The notes under the pieces: generated by a model
What the model saw: the letters and a program-made list of their open reading frames with translations, nothing else
Databases searched by the model: none
Told to the model about the DNA's origin: nothing
Shown here: in pieces, positions 50,676 to 63,797 of the stretch
Numbering within the stretch: position 1 is the stretch's first letter
How the letters are laid out: each line of letters begins with the position of its first letter
Source: Scyliorhinus canicula
Taxonomy: Eukaryota
Assembly (NCBI RefSeq): GCF_902713615.1
Contig: NC_052146.1
Span: forward strand, 47,236,388-47,300,387
Length of the DNA stretch: 64,000 nt
Direction: 5' to 3'
Made by a program: the position numbers and the translations under genes

Positions 50676-50789
50676 GAAATGAAATGAAATTAAAATCGCT
50701 TATTGTCACAAGTAGGCTTCAATGAAGTTACTGTGAAAAGCCCCTAGTCGCCACATTCCGGCGCCTGTCCGGGGAGGCTGGTACGGGAA
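50676..50789 (-). mobile_element. Short SINE, 5'-truncated
   Basis: Reverse complement of the shared tail with (ATTTC)n. Confidence 0.8.
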
Positions 50790-51332
50790 TGGCAGAAACT
50801 TACAATGGCAGAAACACATGGCGATACAACACAACTCGTGTTGTATAAGGGGCTTCATCAGGGAACGCGTGGCCGCAGCCGCACATAGCCCCATAGTGTA
50901 TAGTGGAAACTCCGCTCGCTGGAACTCCCCCGTGTGGCGAGAGATTGGGACGCCATGTTTAAATGGCGTCCCAATCTCCAAGGTCCCTGAAGTAACCTTC
51001 AACACCGCACCCCCAGCCCAAACACGCTATGGGAGCCCCTACCCCCACCCACCCACACCCCAAAATGCCCCCCCAATACCCTCACAGGACACCCCTGGCC
51101 CAATCAGGTGCGTGCAAATTATGCCAACTTGGCACCTTTGCAGTGCCAACCTGGCACTGCTCATGCCAGCTGGCTATTCTACCTGGGCACATTGGCAGTG
51201 CCAAGCTGGCACTCAAGTGGCACTGCCAGGGAGCCCTGTTGATACTCCTCGGGTGCCCAGGTGACACCAGCAACACAAGGGCACCACCGTCACTGCCTTC
51301 ACCTGTACCTTCCACCAGCACAGAGACATATA

Positions 51333-52005
51333 AGGCGGGATTCTCCCAACGGGAGTCTAAGTGCCGACGCCGGAGTAAAAACCGGAGTGTTTTACTCCGG
51401 CGTCGGCTCCCGTTCCCAGACCCCTATTCTCCCCCCTCTGTGGGGCTAGCAGGGGCGTCGCGGGATTAATGGGGGCGGGGCCTTGGCGCGGCATCAGAGA
51501 CCCGGCGGCATGTAAAAGACGCGGCGCCTTGGGTCCCGCACATGCGCAGTTGGGTCGGCGCCAATTAGCGCATGCGCGGTGGCCGTGTTCCCACAGCCCG
51601 CCCCGTACAAACATGGCGGATGGATCCAGGCTCACCAGCGGCAGAAAGGAGGCCCGCCGACAGAGAGGCCCGCCTACCGATCAGTTGGTCCCGATCGCAT
51701 ACCAGGCCACTCCGGAGGCCCCCCCCCCCCCAGGAACTGAGCCCCCCTCTCCCCCACCCCCCTCCCCCCCACGCCCGCAGGCTGACCCCCGAGCCTTTGC
51801 AATGGGTACCCGCCGGCAGCGACCAGATGTGGAGAATCCACACCATCCGGGCCGGATAATTGCCGCTTGCGGCGATTCTCCGAGCGGCCCAGCGCGATTC
51901 ACGTGGCACTGGTTTTGGGGGGGGAGTGTGGGAGAATCACGTGTGGGGATCGTGGCGGCATGGCGCAATTCGCGCGGCACCCTGGTGGGGGGGAGATAAC
52001 CGCCC
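51333..52005. mobile_element. Harbinger-type MITE
   Basis: aggcgggattctccc...gggagataaccgccc; CpG-rich. Confidence 0.8.
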
Positions 52006-52604
52006 TATGTCTGACGCTGTGGCTCTGGGAATGTGCGAGTACATCGAAGTCACACTGGAAGGCTGGCGGCCGCCACTAGGACCCTGGTCCCAGCCGGATA
52101 TGAATTCAGAGCTGTACAAATCACTGTAGCCATGAATGGGATCCATCAGTGAAGGGATGGGGCACCTCAATCCCTCTCCAGGAGCTCTGTGTGCTCAAGG
52201 AGGCAGGGAGGAGTCCTAGAGTACCCAGCGGGAGGAGGAGCATCAGCTGGATGTCTCAGGAGCCTCCACACTGGAACTCCAAAGGTGTCCAGCCACTAAA
52301 TACCCCCACTGTCTGTGACCCCAGCAAATTCAGCTGGTCAGGCCAGGGTCCTCCAGGCCTCGGGTCACCAGAGGATGCCTGCCAGGATCTTCACAGGCAA
52401 TATGGTGTATCAGTCAGCAGGCTGCCCCCACCTCTGCTGCGGATGTGGGGGATGCATCTTGATGTAACAGTAGGGTTAGAAAAATTAAGAAGTTCTGAGA
52501 GCACAATGGTGGCAGGAATGATCAATCATTATATATTCTTTACACATTTGTAAATGCATTTTGATTTTTTGCCTTCGAGTCTCAGCTTGGAGTGAATGGC
52601 TCTT

Positions 52605-52934
52605 ATAGAATCATAGAATCTACAGTACAGGAGGCCATTCGGCCCATCGTGTCTGCCCCAGCTCATGGAAAGAGCACCCCACTTAAGCCCACACCTCCAC
52701 CCTATCCCCGTAGCCCAGTAACCCCACCTAACCTAAGGGCAATTTATCATGGCCAATCCACCTAACCTGCGCGTCTTTGGAATGCGGGAGGAAATCGGAG
52801 CACCCGGAGGAAACCCACGCAGACACGGGGAGAATGTGCAGACTCCGCACAGACAGTGGCCCAAGCCGGGAATCGAACCTGGGACCCTGGAGCTGTGAAG
52901 CAACTGTGCGTACCACTGTGCTACCGTGCCGCCC
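52605..52934 (-). mobile_element. HE1-like V-SINE
   Basis: Full head, core and (ATAGAATC)n tail. Confidence 0.9.
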
Positions 52935-54479
52935 ATCCATGTGATGCGATGCTCAGAGCTCATCTAGGTGTAATAGATGCCCCCCCTCCCATTCTTCAAC
53001 TGTTGCCCATCATGTCCCTCAGGTCTATGGTGCCTCACTCAATGTCAGCTCAATCACCTTTATGTCCACAGAAACAACATGAACAAAGCCAGTTGCTCTA
53101 TTAACACGGTGGCTGGACAATTCATATGTAAGATGTGCATCAGAAGATCATATAATGTGATATGATGAGTATAGATTTTGAAACGTTTTTTATTCTCTTG
53201 ATGTTACTGTACTAAAGTCTGTTCTCTGTAGATGTTATTGGTTTAAACACAACCCCCCTTAGAGTCATTCCAACCAAGTGAACCTTTAAATGGCCTCCAT
53301 GTGATTGCTGTTTGGGTGTGGGTTAGAGGAGTAACCATCAGGGACCTTAATCTTTCCTATCGACCTGCAGCATTCACTTGTGACCATGTTTATGGCTAAA
53401 TATATTCCCTCTGCAATTATTCCAACTCTGCACCTGCCTGATAGAGACCAATGAACCTAGTTAACACTCGGGTGAGTGTTGAAATGTCTTCTCTAGGGCC
53501 ATGAGAATGCAATGTTTTCGGTGTCTGCCTAGCTTCATGATGCTGGCTTATTACATGTGAGGATATTGGTTTTCACCTGAAGTTCTGGCTGGTGTCGTTT
53601 GACAGAATTTCGGTGACTGGTCTCAGAAGGACAATTGATATGGTTATCTGATTGTGCCAGTGTCTTAAGTGTCCTTCGGCTTCCTCGTACATATCCCAAT
53701 CTGCTAGAATGAAAATGTGGAGGCCTGTAATGGGATGCAAGTGAATTTTCAGTACATCCGCGGTCTTTAGTGTCATTGAGGTTACTAAGAAATTCTGAAA
53801 TGCCTGTGTCAGGACTGACCAGGCGACGTCACTCTCAGATGTCACGGCAATGCTGGATGTGAACTTGGGAAGCTTCAGACGAAGGTTGGGTCATCCATGT
53901 TTGTCAATGATCAGACAATTGAAATTCTCTCTGCAGACAAAGGTGAACTGGCTCGGCTGGCATCCTTGACTGAGAGTTAAAGATCACAACATCCTAAAGA
54001 ACAATCCCTTCCTGGGGAATCAGTACGAGGATGAGGTCAGAACATTATTCATGCATGAGAGATGGCCTTTGGAGAGATGCGGCTGTCCAGATTTAGATTG
54101 GTCCTCAGGCAGTCAAGTGATAACCAGTGATTGGTGGTTGGCTTCCTTGAGGCACCTTGCAACAGTCTAGACACCCTGTCGTGAGTGCACTGATGTTTGC
54201 AGTGCTGTTCCTGCCTCATGAAGGCTGCCATAGGTAGTGAAATGTGAAATGTTGGTGTGATATTTGAATGGATTACACCATGTCTACTTGCTTCACAGAG
54301 AGCACTGGTGGAGTTCTTATCCCCTCACAGAATGGCCGCAGGCTGCATTGTCTACGAGGGATGAGGCCGTCGCAACACAAGATTGTGGCCACTCGTTCTG
54401 AGATTGATGTGTGTCTTTGAGATGTTGAGGATAACAAAGCAGGTATTAATGTCTACCCTGCATTGAATGGACAGGTGAC

Positions 54480-55870
54480 ATGGCCTCAGATGAGCTAATC
54501 TTCTTCATCACCCTGAAACCTTGTCACCATAAGGATCTCACAGGCATGTTTGCTGTATTAGGCCTCTTCCTGTGGGACATCATTGTCTTCACCCTCTTTG
54601 ATGTCATCCGTTTTGGTGTCCTTCTCCATCTCTCCATGTGACAACTCACCCCCCCCCCCCCCCTCCCCGTCCCCCAACCACCACCCATCTTTGGAGTACC
54701 AGGTTGTGTAGATGTGTAGAGTGCAGCAAACCATGATGATTTGGTATACCCTCTGGGGAGAGTACTGAAGAGTGCCGACTTATCAGGCCTGACATCTGAA
54801 ATGCATTTTCAACATGCCAATTGTCTGTTCAATCAAGGAGCGTGTTGCAGAATGAGCCACATAATATCTCTCCTCTGACGTATTCTGTGGGCACTGAATG
54901 GGCTTTATTGGACACATCTTTTGCAGGCAGCCTTTATGACTGATGAGCCAACCCTGAATATTCTGAGGGTCCTTGAAACTCTGTGGCTCCTGCGAGTGAC
55001 TCATGATGAAAGAGTCTCTGAGCTCCCAGAATATCTCGCACAAACCTTCATAATCTGCTGTCTGTGATCACAGATCAGTTGAACGTTGAGAGAGTAGAAG
55101 GCTTCTCTATTGATCAATCTTAGTGGCTGCTGCCAGAGAACACTCACAGACACATGGGCTGGTTTAACACAGTGGGCTAAATAGCTGGCTTGCAATGCAG
55201 AACAATGCCAGCAGTGTGGGTTCAATTCCCGTACCGGCCTCCCCGAACAGGCGCCGGAAAGTGGCGACTAGGGGCTTTTCACAGTAACTTCATTGAGGCC
55301 TACTTGTGACAATAAGTGATTATTATTATGTGTGCAGTCAATGGCACCCTGCACCTATTGGAAGCGGGAGATTGTTGCAAATATCATTGCTCTGGCAGCC
55401 TGGTTGGCTTCATCCAGGGAGAACTCAACATAATTGTGAGCTTTACTGAAAAGAGTGTGGGGCCTGTCTTTTAAATTTATGAGTGGAGGATTATGATATT
55501 CTGCAGGGGTCCTCAGTGGACCCCTGGAAGGGGCCGCTCACAAAAAAGTGCAATGCTTACCTTTAGAGCCAATGGCCTTCCAGTCTCTGCGGTGTCAGAT
55601 CCTCCTTGAAGAATGTTGCAGATGTGAGCCACAACACCCCTTGACAAGGAAATGCCCCTCCGACACTGACTGTTGCTGATATCCAAGTATGAGAGATGCC
55701 TTCAGTCCATTCTGCGTCGCAACAAACGCCACAGTGGAATTTGTCTCTCCTCCTCAGCTTCTGGATCTTCATGGGACCCTACTGGCCCATGTTCCTCAGA
55801 GAAGCTCTTCGCTAAGCCCGTCAGGTAGCAATGGACCCATCTTCTCCTCCTCAACTGCATCAAAACCATG
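54480..55870 (-). pseudogene. HARBI1-like DDE transposase pseudogene of a Harbinger element
   Basis: LSYLDISNSQCRR, VQGAIDCTH|V, INREAFYSLNVQLICDH, VCARYSGS, GWLI, EERYYVAHSATRSLIEQTIGMLKMHFRC, LQYSPQRV..IIMVCCTLH; frameshifted and SINE-interrupted. Confidence 0.9.
55156..55328 (+). mobile_element. Short tRNA-derived SINE inserted in the transposase
   Basis: Same family as 5428; splits the codons of DCTH|V. Confidence 0.9.
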
Positions 55871-56739
55871 AAGGAGGCTGTGTTGCCTGCTGCCTGCATT
55901 CTTGACAGTGGAAAAATAGATGAGAGACATGTTTGCACGTTATCCTGCAATGACTTACTTCCATCACCAAGCCATGGAGTCATTATGAAGCCCATGGGCT
56001 GCCCTCATTCCAGCCATTCCATCCGAGCTGAAGCACATCCTGAAGGATCACAGGGAGCTGAGCCTCTTCTGCTGGACCTTTCTCTGCCATGTGGGCAATG
56101 TTAATTAAATCTTGCAAAAATAAACTCCCACAGTGGAAGAATAATTAATATTTCTATCTGGTGCCATTGAAGTAAACTAAAAGGGGATTTTAACAGTCTG
56201 GTTTCTTGAAGCTGGAACTAACCCTGTGAAAGCCACAGTGAGTTGATGTACCTGACAATGCATTGCACATCCTAATTGTGTTGATGTCTTAAATGTGCAA
56301 TTATCATCCAACTCAACAATGTGCCATTGAATAAGCAACAACACATTAATTGGGTTCGGCTTCCAATGCACTTGACACTAACACAATAGAATTTTGTCAG
56401 TTGTCATGACAGACAGTCTACCACAACATGGAATGGAACAACAGAAAAGCCAACAACATTTAGTTTAAAAATAATTCACAGACAAACCAGCAATACTTAA
56501 ACAACTAGATTGTACTTCAAAACAAATATACCAAAGTGGCTGTCCCTGTGTCATTCACACAAAGGTGGAATACTTTGTGGTACTTAAAATGTGTCTTCAT
56601 TTTGGCTGGGTCTTCAAAGGCTCCAGATTACTGCTTTCTTCACTTCTACTTTTGGGACCACACAAACACAGATATGAAAATAGGAAATAAAACAGGACCA
56701 CAATGGCATTCGAAACATGCACAGCTCATATATAATAAT

Positions 56740-57042
56740 ATCATAATAATCTTTATTGTCACAAGTTGGCTTACATTAACACTGCAATGAAGTTACCGTG
56801 AAAAGCCCCTAGTCGCCACACTCCGGCGCCTGTTCGGGTCCAGAGGGAGAATTGAGGATGTCCAAATTACCTAATAGCACGTCTTTCAGGACTTGTGGGA
56901 GGAAACCGGAGCACCCGGAGGAAACCCACGCAAACACGAGGAGAACGTGCAGACTCCGCACAGTCACCCAAGCTGGGAATCAAACCTAGGACCCTGGAGC
57001 TGTGAAGCAACAGTGCTACCCACTGCGCTACTGTGCCACCAT
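56740..57042 (-). mobile_element. Chimeric SINE (family of 28343)
   Basis: Same head, core and tail arrangement as 28343-28648. Confidence 0.85.
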
Positions 57043-57447
57043 ACAGCATGTGAACAGACAGCAGACCTGCAGAAGATAGGCTTTGCAATATTTAATTTGT
57101 AGAATTGTTGCGTATTTTTGCCATTTTGTCCTTCCTTCCTGAAGCCAATGATTCAGTTGCAGTCGTCAAAATATTCAAAGTATTAAAATTGAACCAGATA
57201 AGGAAGGATTGGACTTGCTTCTGATACTTTTGGAAGATTAACTAGGATGAGTATATTTTGATAGAAACAAAGGTAAGTGTTTCTGAAATGAAGGCATCTT
57301 GATATTATTATTTGGCTCTGAGTGTTGGAACAGGAGAATTGTTGACAAGCTGATACTAACAGCAGAGTACAGTTGGTTGAAGGGAACACCAGGGAGCATC
57401 CAAGGTGTGAAGATTCAAAAATGACACGATAAGAACATGAGTCAGGT

Positions 57448-58358
57448 CGCTAAAGACAGCGCTGCTCCCGATGGCCCTGCGGAAATACTCAAGGAGTACG
57501 GTAATAATAGCCTCATTGAGAATTTGGAGGCAGTTTCGCCAACAATTTGAGTTGGGGGCAGGGTCAAGGGAAATGCCGATTCGGGGGAACCACAGATTTG
57601 AGCCAGTGAAGTGGGACGGAAATTTTCGGAAATGAGAGGAGAAGGGAGTTAAGACACTGAAAGATTTGTTTCTTGGGGGTCGGTTTGCAGGATTGAAGGA
57701 GCTGGGAGCGAAGTATGGGCTGGAGCAGGGGGAAATGTTTAGATACATGCAGGTTCGAGATTTTGCCAGGAAGGAGATACAAAGCTTCCCGGTAGAGCCG
57801 GCTTCCACATTGCTGGAGGGGTTGCTGACGACAGGGGGACTGGAGAAGGGGGTAGTGCTGGCGGTTTACAGGCTGTTTTGGAAGGCACCACTGGAAGGGA
57901 TCAAAGCAAAGTGGGAGGAAGAGTTGGGAGAGGGTATGGAGGAGGGGTTCTGGTGTGAGGTGCTCCGGAGAGTGAACACCTCCACCTCATGCGTGAAGTT
58001 GGGCTGATACAGCTGAAGATGGTATTTAGAGCACACCTCACAAGGGCGAGGGTGAGCTGCCTCTTTGCGGGGATAGAAGATGTGTGTAAACGTTGTGGAG
58101 GGAGCCCCGCAAATCACATTCATATGTTTTGGTCCTGTCCAATGCCAGAAGATTACTGGAAGGAGATGTTTAGGGTAATCTCTAAAGTGGTGCACGTGAA
58201 ACTGGACCCGGGCCCTCGAAAGGCCATATTCGGGGTGTCGGACCAGCCGGGGTTGGAAACGGGTGTCGAGGCTTATGTTGTAGCCTTCGCCTCGTTGATC
58301 GCCCGAAGGAGGATCCTGTTGGGATGGAGAACAACCTCTCCACCCTGTGCCCTGGCAT

Positions 58359-58389
<31 letters not shown>

Positions 58390-59177
58390 GGGGAGACCTG
58401 CTGGAATTCCTAACGCTTGAGAAGGTTAACTTTGAACTGAGGGGAAGGATGGAGGGGTTCTACAATTCATGGCCGTTATTCATTATGCACTTTCAAGAAT
58501 TGGATAACATCGAACATTGAGGGGGTTGTGAGGGTTGGGGGTGATGTGTTGGGCCGGCTGGTTCGATGTGGACTGCACTTGATGCAGGGAAGCTAGAAGT
58601 AAACGTCTAACACTGGAGAAAATCTAACACTGTTTTATTCAACGATAGAACTGATATACATGTTCAGCTGTGGGTCAACACGATACTGAACTGACTGGAG
58701 ACCTTGTATTAGCCTGACCAGACTTACTAGCTACCGCATGGTGTTTGCACTGGCTAGCTCGTGGACTCTGACTGTCTCAGTGGCTGGATCCAGAGAGAGC
58801 GGGAAACCTAGTGCCCTTTGGCTTTATAGTGGTAGTGTCGTGTCTGGTGATTGGCTGCACTGTGTTGTGTGCTTACTGGTCATCGTGTATGTCAATCACT
58901 GCCTGTCTGCACCTCATTATATACATGAGTGGATATTATGACAGGGGAGGAGAGGGATTGTGTGTGTTAATGGTGACCATGGGTGATTCCTGATTTGTTT
59001 TTGTTATTTATTTATGTTAACATGTAGGCTGCTGTTTTGGGGTTTGGTAGGAGGATGGGATTATTGTTGTTGATATGGGGATTGACATTGTATTCGTTAT
59101 TGCTTAGTGTTATTGTTGGTGGGTGTAAATTTGGGAGAAAATGTGAAAAAGGAAGAGAATAAAAATATTTTTTAAAA
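57448..59177 (+). mobile_element. 5'-truncated L1 of a different subfamily
   Basis: ORF2 C-terminus KDLFLGGRFAGLKEL..FRYMQVRDF..KWEEELG..CKRCGGSPANHIHMFWSCP; AATAAA end; gagtcaggt repeated on both flanks as a degenerate TSD. Confidence 0.9.
58542..58943 (-). mobile_element. Solo LTR within the L1 3'UTR
   Basis: TG...ACA termini, GGGG on both sides, and minus-strand TATAAA (about 58825) and AATAAA (about 58636). Confidence 0.7.
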
Positions 59178-59789
59178 GACGAACGAGTCAGGTGAGAAAC
59201 ATTGCTTGCACAGGAGACCCAAGAGAGTTGACTGCGGTGATTTGGACATGTTTCAAGATTGGAAACAGCTAGAATACTTGTAAAGCCCTATTAGATTTAA
59301 CAATTATTTTGGGGGTCCTTTAAGAAATCAACTAAACTTATACTGGAGAATAAAATGATTCTTGAAAAATTATTGAGTCTGCAGGAGCATGATCAAATTA
59401 TTAAAAATTGTCTGAACTATTGAATCCTGACCATGACTGTCTGTAGATACTGACAAATGTTTCAAAAGATGTACTGTGCAAAAATGTTTAAAGAATTGAT
59501 ATGAAGGTACATTCAATGAATTTGCAACAATCTAGTAAGAATACATAGCTAGGGCTAGACATGATGCAAGGAATATGACCATGGGGTAGAATACATGGAA
59601 CTTGCTGTGTCAAGAAAATAATAATTAATTTGGAGTAAGTGATTAATGTCTAACTAACCAATCACTTGTTAAGTTATTGACACTTTCCTGAACAAATCGG
59701 GGGGGGGTTCTCAGCTGAGAATTAGAACCAATGAAAGTAAATAAGGGGCTAAACCATAGATAAGAATTTCCTTAAGAATATGATCCATA

Positions 59790-60002
59790 AGGCCAGCACG
59801 GTGGTTCAGTAGGTTAGCCATGCTGCCTCACGGCGCCAAGGTCCCAGGTTCGATCCTGGCTTTGGGTCACTGTCCATGTGGAGTTTGCACATTCTCCCCG
59901 AGTTGGCGTGGGTTTCGCCCCCACAACCCAAAAGATGTGCAGGCTAGGTGGATTGGCCACACTAAATTGCGCCTTAATTAGAAAAAATGAATTGGGTACT
60001 GT
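59790..60002 (+). mobile_element. HE1-like V-SINE, short variant
   Basis: cagcacggtggttcagtaggttagc...ggtggattggccacactaaattg. Confidence 0.85.
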
Positions 60003-61863
60003 AAAAAAAATTTTTAAAGATAAAAAATAAAGAATATGATCCATATGATTGATTATTAGAAGACTTTTAGCCTTCCGAGATTCTTGAAACACCCGTAGAA
60101 ATTATTTCTTTGCAGTTTTTTCTTTTACCTTCCCTTATCTTAAAACTTAGTAGGTCTTTTGCTGTAGTCTGAAACATTTGTGTATTATTTTGATCTAAGT
60201 TTTGATTTAAATTTGTGCAAATGTATTAAGTGAATTCTTGAAAAATAAATAGTGTTTTGGACACCTCTTCAACCGGGCTGAGTAACTTATTTTCAGAGGA
60301 GAAAAATAAGAAGATCTTACATGCCCCATGCAAAGGTACATGGAGCAGGACGCCAAGCACAAGCAAGGAGCTCTGGAAAGACAATGTCAAAAGTGACTTG
60401 TTTCAGAAAGACATCCAGATGGCTGAAGTGGTCAGGCTGGTTGAGGACTCGTAACAAGGGGTGTATTCATTCGGGCTCGCTTTTGAGCTGATAGATGTGA
60501 ATTTAGTGAAGTCAACGTTCTCATCAACCTCCTTTCACTGTGCGTGACTGCGTATGCAGACATCTTAACAGGACTGCTGCTTGTGAGTGGACTGTTTTTT
60601 CTTTGAGCGGCATGTTCCCGTTGGCTCCCAGTGGGAAAATGTTTGGGAAACACTGGCTTCGAGGAAACCTTGGTGGCTGTTGTGAATCAGACCACGGTTG
60701 CCAGCTGCTCTCAGGAATCTCAGCCAAGTGTGTGTGAGCACCAACAGCTATTGAACTCGAAAAGCTGAGAGGAAGACATCAACGTCTTAAGTCTATCCTG
60801 ATGTCTCCCAAAGTATGTGCCACCCTTCTTGCAGAGGTTGCAGAATGATTACCACAGATCTCAAACCAGCTGTTTTCTTTTTCCTCCCATGTCAGGAAAA
60901 CGCAGGAGCCAATCCCAGGCTCCAATACACTGGCTCAGTAATTACCCACTGACCAGATACTTATGTAGCTCCTATTTCTCAACACCATATTGGGAGGTAT
61001 GTTTATCCAGTGAGCTAGCAGAAGAGAACATGAACTCAATTTCAGAAAGTTCAGCATTAAGAATGCTCGGACTGAATTCTGGAAATTCAGAGTTAATCAG
61101 GTAATGATGCAGCTCTTGTTTTTAATGAATTTCTTTTCAGCCTCGAAATACTATCTACTGCAATAGCACTTGATCATTGCAGTAATGAAAAGTTTTATAG
61201 TTCAATTTTGCGCATTATAGGTGACATTAAATTCCAATACAGTGCACAAAATTATCTCGACTGTTGTTATTACTGGAACAAATGCAATTGAATGATTTGA
61301 TTACATACATAATACATACAACTATCAACTTTATGGAGAAATATTTAGCTCAGAAACATTTGCGATGCGCCGTTTCATACAAATGTAATAATCTTGTCTG
61401 TTTTACCATTCAAATCTATTTAAAACAGCCTATGATACATAACCTGCGCATTGTCATTCCCCAATGATTAATTAAACTCACTGTGTGCTTTGATCAATAT
61501 ATATCATGGCTCATGTAACCTTCTTGTTGACTTTCTGTATCACTGAACTAATATTCTGGTGTACGCTTAATTGACAAATTGAACTGGGAATGAAGAAAAA
61601 TCAAATTCACCTTGACCCTTTTGTACCGATAGAGAAAGAGAATCACCAACACTAAACGAGAGAAATGGATTAAAATAGAAACAGATACTTGACAACACAG
61701 AAGCAAAGAAAGGTGATACATTGAAAGTAGATAATAATATATCTGTTACAAGGCTGACTCTTTCCAACATTGTAAACTTGCACAGGCAAAGGCACTGTCC
61801 AAAAGGAGGCTTGCATAAAATAAAAGCAAAACAATAAAATAAAGATTCCCTGACTTTTTCAGT

Positions 61864-61967
61864 CGTGCCATGAGATCTTTTACATTTACCAGTGAAGATA
61901 GTAGGAGTGTTGGTTTAATATCCTATTTGAATGGTGGTATCTCTGACAATGCAGCACTTCCTCAGCT
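61864..61967 (+). mobile_element. DeuSINE (SacSINE1/AmnSINE1-like) core remnant
   Basis: gtgccatgagatcttttac...ggtttaatatcctatttgaa...ctctgacaatgcagcacttcctcag resembles the Deu domain as I recall it. Confidence 0.55.
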
Positions 61968-61976
61968 TTGATTACT

Positions 61977-62286
61977 GGGTAGCACGGTAGCACTGTGGCT
62001 TCACAGCGCCAGGGTCCCAGGTTCAATTCTCCGCTGGGTCACTGTCTGTGTGGAGACTGCACGTTCTCCCCGTGTCTGCGTGGGTTTCCTCCGCATGCTC
62101 CGGTTTCCTCCCACAGTCCAAAGACATGCAGGTTAGGTGGATTGGCCATGCTAAATTGCACTTAGTGTCCAAAAAGGTTAGGAGGGGTTATTGGGTTACG
62201 GGGATAGGGTGGAAGTGAGGACTTAAATGGGTCAGTGCAGACCCGATGGGCTGAATGGCCTCCTTCTGCACTGTATGTTCTATGAT
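61977..62286 (+). mobile_element. HE1-like V-SINE
   Basis: Head, V core and CR1-like tail. Confidence 0.9.
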
Positions 62287-63229
62287 TATTGGCTATTGTC
62301 TCTCAGGTGGCACATGACACTTCTGCCCCAGAGAAGCTCCCAGTAAGCAAAGGTTGTAAAACGTGACCTCTGATGTGAGTGGGATTAGTAAGCCTCAGAG
62401 CTAACAATTAGCCACTTACATCAGTAACCCACTGCAGATTGTGCAGGTTACTAAACATACTCTTTCATTCACTCAGTAGGGTGTCATTTAGGTTAAGATC
62501 TAAGAATCATGTTTATTTAACAGTGATAGAATTACACAGAAGTAAAATGATGCAGGCCGAAATCTTCCATTTCCATTCGCAGCTGGGACTTTTTAGTGCT
62601 GCTGCAAGTGAATGGAGTTTTGGCTGGAACACCAAATTCTCTGTTGTTGCTCGCAACGGGTCACACCACAGATGAAACCAAAGAATCCCGCCCACAGTAA
62701 GTAGCGAGTAGTATGATAATTTACTTAGAGAACTCTTAAGCTGGTCCAAACTAAAATAATAATGATGCTGAACTCAAATCATTTAAAACAAAACTAGGAG
62801 CTTAATTTTAGGCCATGATGACGATGAGAACAGGTGGGTGCAGAAATTAGCACCACTGGGATGCCAGTTCCATCCTGGCACATTTTCTTGGAGCAAGGAT
62901 GAAAATGGGGCAGCAGGGGACCCTTAAAGGCCAGGTAAGACTTATTGTCAGGTAATGACTGGGATTTTCCACTTAGTTCCCAGGCCTCCCTGAGGCATCG
63001 GGCCCTTGGCCAGCTGCCTGGAGCCGCCTGGAGGTGGGAGAAAGTAAGGGCCACAATCCACGGAGGATTTGAGGCACTCCCTGCCTCCCTGGCCTCAGCT
63101 GTAGTTTGTGGAGGGGCACCTTCTCCACAATAGTGGTGTGGCACTGACGGCTATTTTTATTTTAAATTTGAGAAAATTGGAGGGAGGGTGCCTCCATTTT
63201 GAGGCATGCTGTCCATTTTCTTTAAATAC

Positions 63230-63797
63230 ATTTAGAGTGCCCAATTATTTTTTTCCAATTAAGGGGCAATTTTGTGTGGGCCAATCCACCTAACCTGCAC
63301 ATCTTTGGGTTGTGGGAGTGAAACCCATGCACACACGGGTGTGCTGTTCTCTGTTTTACTTTACCCCCATTGTTTGATTTGTAGTGTTGATCCAAAGAAT
63401 GAGTCTTGTTGACAAAACTATTTTATTAACACTACTTAACCGAACTGGGTTTGACACTTATACCTAAGAATCAAACAGTTGATAACATATAAACTATTCT
63501 TCTCTACATCTAACTCACTACCAGATTAAACTATTCTCTATCTTCAGACTCTCCAGCTAATTCCTCACCCCTGCAGCTACCACCTCTCCAACCTTCTGTC
63601 CCACAAGGGTCAGAGCCATCCCTTATATACTTTTGGGACTAGCTCCCTCCAGTGGCTGTCTGTGTACATTTCATTAACCCTTGCAGTACCTTCATGTATG
63701 AAAATACCACAACAGGGAGACAGTGGCCCGGGGCCGGGATCGAAACTAGGTCCTCAGCGCCGTAAACAGCAGTGCTAACCACTGTGCCACCGTGCCA
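63230..63797 (-). mobile_element. Short V-SINE interrupted by a solo LTR
   Basis: SINE halves at 63230-63339 and 63715-63797. Confidence 0.8.
63340..63714 (-). mobile_element. Solo LTR
   Basis: TGT...ACA termini, GGG on both flanks, and minus-strand TATA (about 63625) and AATAAA (about 63425). Confidence 0.65.

Noticed and set aside
54480-55870. Host domesticated HARBI1 gene
   Set aside because: Frameshifts, stops, a SINE insertion and an adjacent Myb partner indicate a dead transposon.
56530-57140. Further minus-strand exon candidates (AFEDPAKMKTHF..., EGRTKWQKYATIL...)
   Set aside because: Weak splice sites and no coherent phase chain or homology.
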